From an uncultured bacterium (GTDB taxonomy: Bacteria > Acidobacteriota > HRBIN11 > JAKEFK01): 64,000 bases of DNA. The position numbers and the translations under genes are program-made. Under the pieces are notes generated by a model that saw nothing but the letters and a program-made list of their open reading frames with translations, made no database searches and was not told the DNA's origin. Where the stretch lies: NCBI GenBank assembly GCA_963777505.1, contig CAVZQN010000001.1, positions 416,001 to 480,000 of the forward strand. The letters are read 5' to 3'. Of the stretch, positions 53,500-62,656 are shown one piece after another (the first letter of the stretch is position 1; each line of letters begins with the position of its first letter).

Positions 53500-54213
53500 A
53501 TGAATATTCAAAAACTTGTGTTGAGTTTATTAGTGCTATTGATTTTCACTGTGGCTCCATCTCTGTCATGGTCGAAGGATCGGAAAGCACAAATTCCCCT
53601 TGATGACGCCAGGATGATCATTGAGTTCAACTCCACGGATGAGGATGTCGGTATTCAGGTTTTCCTTGATGGAGAACCCTGGCAGAAAGTCTCAATCGTT
53701 AATCCGAATGGAAATAAAATTCTTGATGTATTCGGCAGGAATAGACTCTCGGGTCTCGCTTAACAGAACTTTTTTTTGAAAGTAATGAGCCCTCCCTTGA
53801 TGAAATGCCACTGCAGGAGTTCCTGGCATTATTTCCGGCGGGACAATACAGATTTACCGATGCAACTGTTGAAGGCGAAACATTGGAAGCTGTTGCAACG
53901 TTCACACACTATATTCCTGATGGACCCTCGATTGTTGCACCCGAAAGAAGGGCTGTCCTCGATCCAAAGAAAGCGATTATTCGATGGGATCCTGTTACAA
54001 CACCGGCAGGAATTCAAATCAGCGGTTATCAGGTCATTGTGGAAGGTGGAACACCACTACGAGTATTGAGTATCGATTTGCCGGCTACGGCAACAAGCGT
54101 AAAAATTTCAGCCGAATTTTTAGAGCCCGACACCAATTACCAGTTCGAAATTCTGGCAAAAGAGGCAGGCGGAAATCAAAACCATTTCGCAAAGAGCCTT
54201 CAGTACTCAGTAA
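53500..54213 (+). CDS. Secreted hypothetical protein with FN3-like C-domain; frameshifts near 53758 and 54180
   Basis: Signal peptide; IIEFNSTDED.GIQVFLD, LTELFFESNEP, FPAG.Y and Y.FEILA.E.GGNQ pieces across frames. Confidence 0.7.
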
Positions 54214-54247
54214 ATCCCAAGATGATGCGTGGCGAACAACCAGCCTT

Positions 54248-55021
54248 TCAGGAAAATGAAAGAGCAGCGCTTGCGGCTTCTTTCAAAGTCTTCATCACCT
54301 GGAGATACGGATATGGGCCATAGCTAATACGGGAAACTCCCACTTCAGCAAGTTGTTTTGATGAAGGTGCATCCGGTTGATACATAATATTGATCGGCAG
54401 AGGTGAACGTTCGCAAAGCGTTTCAATGAATGCAATATTGATCAATCCCGGAACAAAAAAGCCAGTCGCACCGGAATCTGCATAAGCTGAAGCCCGGCTC
54501 AAAGCTTCTTCGAGTTGGCTCTCATTGTGAGGAGCAGAATCGGCCTTCAAAAAAATATCCGTGCGTGCATTTATGAAAAGGGGTACTGACAAACGGTCAG
54601 CCGTTTTGCGAATTGCTTGAATCCGTTCCCCTTGGTTCTGAATCGAATACAGGTCAGTTCCACCAACGATTTGATCTTCAAAATTGATTCCTACCGCTCC
54701 GGCTTCAATTACTTTTGCTATAGACACCTGGAGTTCAGCAGGACTCGTTCCATAACCTCCTTCAAAATCGAAAGTAACTGGAAGATCCACATTTGAGATA
54801 ATTCGATTTAGATTTGCCAGTGCAAGTTCAAACGGCAGTTTTTCCCCATCTTGAAATCCATGTGCTGCCGCAACAGACCAACTACCGGTAGCGATTGCCT
54901 TTGCTCCAATCTCTTGTACGATTTTTGCGCTTCCCGCATCCCAGACATTAAACAAAATCACAGGGTTTCCTTTTGTGTGAAGACTTTTGAATGTATTTGC
55001 ATGTTCTTTTTGCTTCGTCAT
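54248..55021 (-). CDS. Isocitrate lyase/PEP mutase family protein
   Basis: NVWDAGSA, D.EGGYG, GINFED and FINARTD motifs. Confidence 0.92.
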   Translation of the reverse strand: MTKQKEHANTFKSLHTKGNPVILFNVWDAGSAKIVQEIGAKAIATGSWSVAAAHGFQDGEKLPFELALANLNRIISNVDLPVTFDFEGGYGTSPAELQVSIAKVIEAGAVGINFEDQIVGGTDLYSIQNQGERIQAIRKTADRLSVPLFINARTDIFLKADSAPHNESQLEEALSRASAYADSGATGFFVPGLINIAFIETLCERSPLPINIMYQPDAPSSKQLAEVGVSRISYGPYPYLQVMKTLKEAASAALSFS

Positions 55022-55171
55022 TTGATCCTCTTTCTTTTGCTTCTTTGTAGTGAGTTACTCATAATAAATCATGAAGGTGCAAGATTAGGTTACCCTCAAA
55101 AAACCGATGTATAATCCTACAGTTTTCATTGTCATTACTTAAATAAAAGCCCAAACCGGAGTCACGACAAC

Positions 55172-58100
55172 ATGAGTTCTTTGCAATCAGGGGAGACGAT
55201 TCTTCATTATAAGATCCTCGAGAAAATCGGTGAGGGTGGAATGGGGGCAGTTTATAAGGCAGAGGACCTGAAACTCGGAAGACAGGTCGCATTAAAATTT
55301 TTATCTTCGGAATCTCCTGAAGATAAAAAAGCCAAAAGCCGCTTGTTGCAAGAAGCCCGAGCAACATCGGCCCTCAACCATCCCAATATCGTAACAATCT
55401 ATTCCATCGAACATGCCGACGGTTTTGACTTTATAGTCATGGAATATGTGGAGGGGGAAACTCTAAAATCGGTCATCGATCAGGGTTTGTTAGACACCTC
55501 CCGGTTGATGGACCTCGGCGCAGAGATCGCGGATGCTCTTTTTGCAGCACACTCTGCCGGATTCATTCATAGAGACATTAAGCCATCAAATATTCTGGTT
55601 ACTCCGCGCGGTCAGGCGAAGATACTTGATTTTGGTCTCGCAAAATTGGTCCCATTTGTTGATGAACAGCTCAGCGGTGAACAAACGATGAGCAAACTGA
55701 CAAGGACCGGCATGATCATCGGCACGGTAGCTTACATGTCTCCTGAACAGACACGCGGTGAGCCTCTGGATTTTCGTACCGATATTTTTTCGTTAGGTGC
55801 TGTTCTTTATGAGGCAGCTACCGGGGTAGTGCCATTTAGCGGGCCAAGCGTGCTGTCGGTGCTTCATGAGATAGCCACTCTGGATCCGCCAACACCAAGC
55901 ACGTTGAGTCAGAGTGTTCCGCAAGGACTCGATACCATTATCAAACGCGCGCTGGCAAAAAATAAAGAGCAGCGTTATTCCTCTGCTGCGGAATTAGCCG
56001 AAGCTTTGCGCTCACTTCGATTTGCAAATCGTTATCAGATACTCCGTGAAATTGGTCGCGGTGGAATGGGTGTCGTTTATCTTGCTCGCGATCCTATGTT
56101 GCAACGCGACGTTGCAATCAAAGTCATCACTCCAGAATTCCTTGGATCAGATGCTGTAGAACGATTTAAACGAGAAGCACGAGTGGTCGCCAACATGGAT
56201 CATCCATCCATTGTTGGCGTCTATGACATTGGAGAACACGGAGGATCACTCTTTTTTGTTATGCCTTTTGTGGCAGGAACGAATTTGCGAGCATTCATTA
56301 AAGATGGAGCGTTGAGCCTTGGTGATGTACTGAACATCGGAATTCAAGTAGCTGAAGCACTTGATTACAGTCACTCCAAGGGGGTTGTTCACCGGGATAT
56401 CAAGCCGGAAAACATTTTAGTCTCACAGGATGATAGTACGACCGAAGGGATTCGAGTCAGAGTGACTGATTTCGGTCTTGCGATGGCATCAGCACAAAGC
56501 CATCTCACAAAAACAGGAACGCTTGTAGGCACCATATCATATTTAAGTCCCGAACAACTTTCATCAAGGGAACTTGATGGCCGTTCCGATATTTATTCGC
56601 TTGGAATTGTTTTATATGAATGTCTTGTCGGAAAGTCGCCTTATTTGGGAGAGCTGCAATCCGTTCTGTACAGAATTGCGCATGAAATTCCCCAATCACC
56701 CAGAGCATTGGGAGCAGAGATAGCAGAAGAATTGGAACAAATCATCATGCGATCGTTGGAAAAGGATCCCGGTAAAAGATTCCAACGCGCAAAAGAAATT
56801 GCAGAGATGTTAAAGCTCCATCGTGCAAAATTACGTGAGAGCGAGAGACTACAAAAGCTTTCCGTAGTTCAGCGCGCTTCGACTTTAATCCAACGTCCGA
56901 CACAATCTCCTTTTATAGGACGCGAAAAGGAGTTTACTGAATTACAGCGGAGTCTGAATGCAGCGTTGCATGGAGAATGCCAGTTTGTAGTAATTGGTGG
57001 AGAAGCAGGAATTGGAAAAAGCAGGTTGTTGGATGAATTGGAAAATCTGGCAAGAGCAAAAAAGATCAGGCTTCTTCACAGCCGATTCGTAGAACAAGAT
57101 CAAACCTTTCCATACCAGGGCTTCTCCGAAGCAATTCAAGAATATTTCAGAATCAAAGTAACTACATCATCCGGGCCTGTGGATTTTTCTGATCTTGCTT
57201 CAGATCTCGTTTCCCTATTCCCCGTTCTTGCGGAAATGGCCGAATTCACAGGCGGTCAAAAGCTAGTCGTATCAGGCGAAGTGAAGAAGACACAAGACCG
57301 TACTTATATTTTTGATCTACTCGCAAGATCGTTTGCCCGTATCGGCGGAGGCAAACCACTCATCATCTTGTTTGAAGATCTGCAAAATGCCGATGTTTCA
57401 CTCGATGCTCTTCAATACATCGTTCGCCGTCTCGGTCCAACACCAACTTTGATGGTGGGAACGTATCGTACAACCGAAGTTGATAAACACCATCCGCTGA
57501 CAAAGATGCTAAAAAGTTTTCAAGGTGACAAACGTTTTAGCCAGATTAACCTTGAACCTCTATCCATTTCTGATTACCGGCCCTTTTTACAAACACTGAT
57601 TGGCGGATCTGATATGGAACAACATTTTGTGGATAAACTCTACGAAGCTACGGAAGGGAATCCACATTTTACAAAAGAACTAGTTCGCTCATTAATTGAT
57701 TCCGGAAAAATTGCCAAAAATGAAACAGGGGCATGGAGTTTGAGCGGTGAAACTGCACTTTCTTCGGAAGAACTGCCGCCGACAATTCAAGAAACAGTTG
57801 AAAAGCGAATTGAACGTCTTCCCCAGGATTGGCGGGAAATTTTGTCCACAGCATCCATATTAGGTAAAACTTTTGATTTTCGTGATCTTGAAGTATTAAC
57901 CGGAAAAAAAGAAAACATTGAAGATGTAATTGACGGTTTAATCACATCTGGTTTTATAGAAGAAGAACGCCGGTCACGCAGCGATCAGTTTATTTTCTCC
58001 AGCGGTATTGTACGTGATGTACTTTATGCTTCTGTACCCAGGCGAAAGAGAAGAACACTTCACAGAAAATATGCAGAGGATCTTGAAGAGCGTAATGCCG

Positions 58101-61100
58101 GACGTCTCGAACGGGTTTACTCGCTTCTTGTGCATCATTATTCGGAAGGTGATGTCCCTGAAAAGGTAATTGAATTCGGAATCCAGTCCGCAAAAAAATC
58201 ACTGGAAGCTTTAAGCTCCGAAGATGCTCTGCGCACGACAAAAGTCGTACTTGAATTCCTCCAGGGCGAAGAAGATTCCAACAGTGAATTAGAAGGAGAT
58301 GTTCGCATGCTTCTTGCTGAGGCTCATCGTCTTGCAAGCAACACAGATGCAGCCCTTCAAGAATTGGAATCAGCAGTCAGTGTTTTCCAAAAAAGTCAAA
58401 ACACTGAGCGCTTGATTGAATCAATCGTGATGGCGGCTCAGACGGCATGGGATGGACGTAAAGCGGATGACACGCGGCGTTGGGTTGAACAAGGATTGAG
58501 CTTAGCGCGGTCCAGCGGAAAAGTTGAAGCTTTAGTTGACTTGCTGTCCGTTGGAATCACTGTTGCGAATCTCAGGGGCGAATTCGATAAAGCCAGGGAA
58601 TATATGCAGGAAACGGAACGGATTAAACCTGCAATGAAAGAAAAAGAAGAATCCGTTTCACAGGGTGGCAGGCTTGCTGTAGGAATCCCCACTCCTGTTA
58701 CGACAAAACATCCAGTCGATATTCTCATTATGGAAGAGGCGGAGATCCTGGGAAATGTTTTTGAACCCCTTCTTGCTATGGATGAGCATGGTTATGTGGT
58801 TCCGTGTCTCTGTGAGAGTTGGGAAGCTCTCGAAAAAGGGAAATCATTTCTGTTTAAACTGCGGCCGAATGTTCTGTTGCACAATCAACAGCCTCTTACT
58901 GCAGAAGCCGTAAAACGTTCTTTTGAAAAAGGAATTCAGTTAACAAAAGACCGCTTACCTGCTTCTTATTCATCCATACGAGGTGTTACCGAATTCTTAA
59001 ATGGATCATCGGATCATGTTGAAGGAATCATAATCCATTCGCCTCATTCTTTTGCAATTGAACTTCTTGAACCTCTTCCTATTTATCCCTCGCTGTTGAC
59101 AGATAGCCGGGCTGCAATCTGTCTGGATCAGGATAGTCGTCTTAGCGGAACGGGGCCTTTCAAAATTGTATCGTTCAAACCGGATCATGTTTCGATGGAA
59201 CGAAATGAAAATTACTGGAATGGCGCGCCGGCTCCACTGGATGGAATCGATTTCCGTTGCGGAGCAACTTCTGCTGAAATGAGATCGGGTTTACTTTCCG
59301 ATGAACTTGACCTGGCAAGCAATTTACTTCCGGAAGATCTTGAATCCCTTTTACAGAATCCGCAATTCCGATCCGGCATTGTTGAGGCACCAAAGAAAAC
59401 AATTTATTTTGCATTCTTCAACAGCTATAGTAAGTTGGGCCAAAACGCTGATCTTCGGAAAGCACTGAGCGGAGTCATCCGCGTTCATGATTTGATTCGA
59501 GGAACTCTCGGACGCTATGCACTTCCAGCAGAAGGTCTCATCCCTCCTGGAATATTAGGTCATGATCCTGGCAGAAGGCGTCAATCACTCTCGCAAGAAC
59601 AAATACACGAACTGATAAAAAATACAGGATTTGAGTTACCAATCCGTGTTCGAGCGTCGGTTCATCCGCTTTTACTCGATCGATATTCCGCTTTAACGAA
59701 AGCTATTTTTTCAATTTGGTCCGAAATCGGTGTGGAAGTAACGAATACAGCTGCGAATATGAATCAATATATTGGTTCATGGAAAAATAATGAAGATTAC
59801 GATTTATTGATCGGACGCTGGAACGCTGACTATGATGATCCCGATAATTTTACATACACACTTTTTCAATCAGAATTCGGCGAGTTCCGAAGTTACTATT
59901 CATCGAAAGAAATGGATCAATTTATTGAAGAAGCCCGCACCGAACCGAATCCACAAACTCGCGAAAAGGTATATCGCAAAATAGAGAGTTTTTTATTAGA
60001 TAACGCCTTTGCAATTCCTCTGTTTCACGAAATTGATTATCGTGTTGCGAATCCAAAAATTCGGCGGCTCAAGCTTCATAGCAGTCCTCCGTTTGTTAAT
60101 TATTCAAAGCTTGGGAAATCCGAAACAGCAAAGCCGGCAGTGGTCCGGAAAACTGAAGGAGGGCTCGTACAGGTTGCAATGGCCGGCAGGATTGAGAATC
60201 TTGATCCTTCATCGTGCACCACCGTTGCCCAGGGCGATGTGCTCCCCAGTATTTATGAGGGTTTGACCAGACAAGCAGAAGACGCCCAAATCATTCCATG
60301 GCTCGCATCGGAATTTAAAGCAGAAGAAGGCGGAAGAAAATTTCGTTTCCGTTTACGGGACGATGTACGCTTTCATGATGGACGACGTCTTTCCTCACGC
60401 GATGTCCGGTTCTCGTTCGAACACACTTTGCAAAATCCAACGAATCCGGCACGTTGGATGCTGGGCTCAATTCGTGGTGCCAAAGCTTTATCCGATGGTG
60501 AAACGAAAGAATTAGCGGGATTTAAAATCATTTCAGCTCTGGATTTTGTAGTGGAGTTGGATCAGCCTCTTTCCTTCTTTCCTGCCCTGTTGAGTTATCC
60601 AGCAACTGCCATTATCCCGGAAGGAACACGAGACATCAGCGGTAATTTTCTGAATCAATGTATTGGAACAGGACCTTTTCGCGTAGCGCGTTTCGAACCC
60701 GGACAACTTCTTGATCTCGAAGCAAATCCTGATTACTGGCGGCGCGGATATCCGAAAAGTGATCGGCTCGTTATGAACATGGGGCTTTCACCGCAGGATA
60801 TATTGAGCGGTTTCCAATCCGGTCGCTTTTCGGTCGTTGGAGATTTATTTCCTGGAGATGTTGATACTCTTCGTCATTCAAAAGTACCTTTCAAGTATGG
60901 CGAAACTCCACAACTTTGCACCTACTATCTTTTTCTCAATACTCATAAACCACCATTTTCTGATGAAAAAACACGTCACGCACTCATTCAATCCATTGAT
61001 ATTGAAGGAATGGTTCGAAGAAATGTTGGCCGGTTCGCTTTTCCTGCTCACAGTCTCATTCCGCCCGGACTGCTCGGATATGAGCCCAAACGTGCCTATA

Positions 61101-61621
61101 ACAAAAAAGCTGCTGCTAATGCTCCAAGTATGGATAATGTGGAACTAAACGTTATTTTGGGTACCGTTTATGAGGGCCCTTATTCATCCCTTTCTCAAGA
61201 ATTCTTTCAGTTGCTTCGGCAAAAAGGATTTCAAATAAAAAAGGAAAATAAAAAGGCCGAAGATTATTTCCTTTTCGATTCTGTTTCGGATACTGATCTT
61301 GTCATGACGCGTTGGTTTGGAGACTACCCTGACCCTGATACGTTTTTCTATGGATTGCTGCATCGAAAAGAAGGAATTCATGGCGCTTTTTCCGGATCTC
61401 CTGAATTAGACCAACTCATTGAAAGAGGCCGAACTGAAACGCTTCCACATTTAAGACATAAAATTTACCAGGAAGCGGAGCAATTGCTTGCAGAACATGC
61501 CATCTTGGTTCCACTCTTCCACGAAAAAACATACCGGTTTGCTTCTCCGGATACGGAATCGTTTGAATTAAATCTTGCCATCCAGGTTGTTCCCTACGAA
61601 AAACTCTGGATCCGTAGATAA
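55172..61621 (+). CDS. Tandem Ser/Thr kinase, AAA/STAND ATPase, helical region and two SBP family 5 (OppA-like) domains
   Basis: Two full kinase motif sets; FIGRE, Walker A GEAGIGKS, Walker B LFEDL and GNP.F; two SBP5 domains (LR.DVRFHDG, GTGPF, W.ADY.DPD, IPLFH). Confidence 0.9.
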   Translation: MSSLQSGETILHYKILEKIGEGGMGAVYKAEDLKLGRQVALKFLSSESPEDKKAKSRLLQEARATSALNHPNIVTIYSIEHADGFDFIVMEYVEGETLKSVIDQGLLDTSRLMDLGAEIADALFAAHSAGFIHRDIKPSNILVTPRGQAKILDFGLAKLVPFVDEQLSGEQTMSKLTRTGMIIGTVAYMSPEQTRGEPLDFRTDIFSLGAVLYEAATGVVPFSGPSVLSVLHEIATLDPPTPSTLSQSVPQGLDTIIKRALAKNKEQRYSSAAELAEALRSLRFANRYQILREIGRGGMGVVYLARDPMLQRDVAIKVITPEFLGSDAVERFKREARVVANMDHPSIVGVYDIGEHGGSLFFVMPFVAGTNLRAFIKDGALSLGDVLNIGIQVAEALDYSHSKGVVHRDIKPENILVSQDDSTTEGIRVRVTDFGLAMASAQSHLTKTGTLVGTISYLSPEQLSSRELDGRSDIYSLGIVLYECLVGKSPYLGELQSVLYRIAHEIPQSPRALGAEIAEELEQIIMRSLEKDPGKRFQRAKEIAEMLKLHRAKLRESERLQKLSVVQRASTLIQRPTQSPFIGREKEFTELQRSLNAALHGECQFVVIGGEAGIGKSRLLDELENLARAKKIRLLHSRFVEQDQTFPYQGFSEAIQEYFRIKVTTSSGPVDFSDLASDLVSLFPVLAEMAEFTGGQKLVVSGEVKKTQDRTYIFDLLARSFARIGGGKPLIILFEDLQNADVSLDALQYIVRRLGPTPTLMVGTYRTTEVDKHHPLTKMLKSFQGDKRFSQINLEPLSISDYRPFLQTLIGGSDMEQHFVDKLYEATEGNPHFTKELVRSLIDSGKIAKNETGAWSLSGETALSSEELPPTIQETVEKRIERLPQDWREILSTASILGKTFDFRDLEVLTGKKENIEDVIDGLITSGFIEEERRSRSDQFIFSSGIVRDVLYASVPRRKRRTLHRKYAEDLEERNAGRLERVYSLLVHHYSEGDVPEKVIEFGIQSAKKSLEALSSEDALRTTKVVLEFLQGEEDSNSELEGDVRMLLAEAHRLASNTDAALQELESAVSVFQKSQNTERLIESIVMAAQTAWDGRKADDTRRWVEQGLSLARSSGKVEALVDLLSVGITVANLRGEFDKAREYMQETERIKPAMKEKEESVSQGGRLAVGIPTPVTTKHPVDILIMEEAEILGNVFEPLLAMDEHGYVVPCLCESWEALEKGKSFLFKLRPNVLLHNQQPLTAEAVKRSFEKGIQLTKDRLPASYSSIRGVTEFLNGSSDHVEGIIIHSPHSFAIELLEPLPIYPSLLTDSRAAICLDQDSRLSGTGPFKIVSFKPDHVSMERNENYWNGAPAPLDGIDFRCGATSAEMRSGLLSDELDLASNLLPEDLESLLQNPQFRSGIVEAPKKTIYFAFFNSYSKLGQNADLRKALSGVIRVHDLIRGTLGRYALPAEGLIPPGILGHDPGRRRQSLSQEQIHELIKNTGFELPIRVRASVHPLLLDRYSALTKAIFSIWSEIGVEVTNTAANMNQYIGSWKNNEDYDLLIGRWNADYDDPDNFTYTLFQSEFGEFRSYYSSKEMDQFIEEARTEPNPQTREKVYRKIESFLLDNAFAIPLFHEIDYRVANPKIRRLKLHSSPPFVNYSKLGKSETAKPAVVRKTEGGLVQVAMAGRIENLDPSSCTTVAQGDVLPSIYEGLTRQAEDAQIIPWLASEFKAEEGGRKFRFRLRDDVRFHDGRRLSSRDVRFSFEHTLQNPTNPARWMLGSIRGAKALSDGETKELAGFKIISALDFVVELDQPLSFFPALLSYPATAIIPEGTRDISGNFLNQCIGTGPFRVARFEPGQLLDLEANPDYWRRGYPKSDRLVMNMGLSPQDILSGFQSGRFSVVGDLFPGDVDTLRHSKVPFKYGETPQLCTYYLFLNTHKPPFSDEKTRHALIQSIDIEGMVRRNVGRFAFPAHSLIPPGLLGYEPKRAYNKKAAANAPSMDNVELNVILGTVYEGPYSSLSQEFFQLLRQKGFQIKKENKKAEDYFLFDSVSDTDLVMTRWFGDYPDPDTFFYGLLHRKEGIHGAFSGSPELDQLIERGRTETLPHLRHKIYQEAEQLLAEHAILVPLFHEKTYRFASPDTESFELNLAIQVVPYEKLWIRR

Positions 61622-61659
61622 TGAGATTTCTTGCGGTGAGGGCCGCCACCAACTTCGGG

Positions 61660-62493
61660 CTATTTAGACGCCGATGCTTCTAAGGCCACCGGTGAGGCAG
61701 TGGGTTGCTGGGCTGGGTTTAGACAATAGTTTGTAAATGTGGTTGAAATCTCCCGTGTTTCGGAATAAATGAATAACGCTTTCACCTTAAGGTTCAAGTG
61801 AAGAGAAGCCGGAAGCATTGAATCGCCGTATGGCATCTGTGTGTAATCAAAATCTAAATTCGTTACCTTTGCCAGACCAAAACCGAAACCGACATCATCG
61901 TTGAGACCCGCCTGCAATCTAACAATCCGATATTCCCGATCCACCCACATCGTGCCGTCAAGATGATTTAACACCTTTTCTATTCGATTGCGAACCGGTA
62001 ATTTGGTTTTCTTATGTTTAAACAACAAAACATAAGCCTCGCTGTGATCGTTCGAATCAATGGTGAAATCATATTTCTGCAATAGTTCGTGCCAGCTAAA
62101 GGGAATTCGCTGCGAATTGTTCCCGTTTTGCACCGACTTTTGCCATTCCTTTTTGTTCTGAGCTTCTTCTTTTTTCTGCTTCTCGTTTAACGGACGATTG
62201 TTGATTTGATGCAGTTCAAGGCGCGGTTTTTCCTGATTCCACAAGGTTCGATAATTTCTTGTTTCCGTCTTTTTCGCATCCCCCTTCCGGTTCAACGAAC
62301 GAATATTCATCGTTACGTCGTAACCATAATTCCGGATATTTGATTCATTCTCTGAAGCCTGTTGGGCAATTTTCTGAATAAGCTCATCATGATTCTCCGC
62401 CCCTTCAAGTGGCAGATATATAGAGCCGATTGCAATGAAGACTAGAACAGTTAGAGGTAAGATTCGAAGCATCTGGATCTTTTGCTTCCTCAT
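61660..62493 (-). CDS. Exported hypothetical protein
   Basis: N-terminal hydrophobic segment; beta-rich body with G.MWVD...IVRL. Confidence 0.65.
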   Translation of the reverse strand: MRKQKIQMLRILPLTVLVFIAIGSIYLPLEGAENHDELIQKIAQQASENESNIRNYGYDVTMNIRSLNRKGDAKKTETRNYRTLWNQEKPRLELHQINNRPLNEKQKKEEAQNKKEWQKSVQNGNNSQRIPFSWHELLQKYDFTIDSNDHSEAYVLLFKHKKTKLPVRNRIEKVLNHLDGTMWVDREYRIVRLQAGLNDDVGFGFGLAKVTNLDFDYTQMPYGDSMLPASLHLNLKVKALFIYSETREISTTFTNYCLNPAQQPTASPVALEASASK

Positions 62494-62617
62494 ATAGATA
62501 AAGAATACTTACCTGGTCAATTTGAAATAGCGCACATTTTCCATTTTTCTTGAAACAGTAGACGAGGGTCAGACTGTCGCAGAACGAACGACATAAATTA
62601 GGCTTTAGAGTTTTTCG

Positions 62618-62654
62618 GGGAGCGCCGACGTCCCGACCAGAGGCCTGCGCTCCC
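62618..62654. repeat. GGGAGCGC-type REP-like hairpin / possible terminator
   Basis: GGGAGCGC...GCGCTCCC directly after the TPR gene stop. Confidence 0.55.
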
Positions 62655-62656
62655 GT

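Noticed and set aside
54214-54323. Genuine overlap of ORF 53805..54323 with the convergent ICL/PEPM gene
   Set aside because: It results from an extra A near 54180; the corrected frame stops at 54213.
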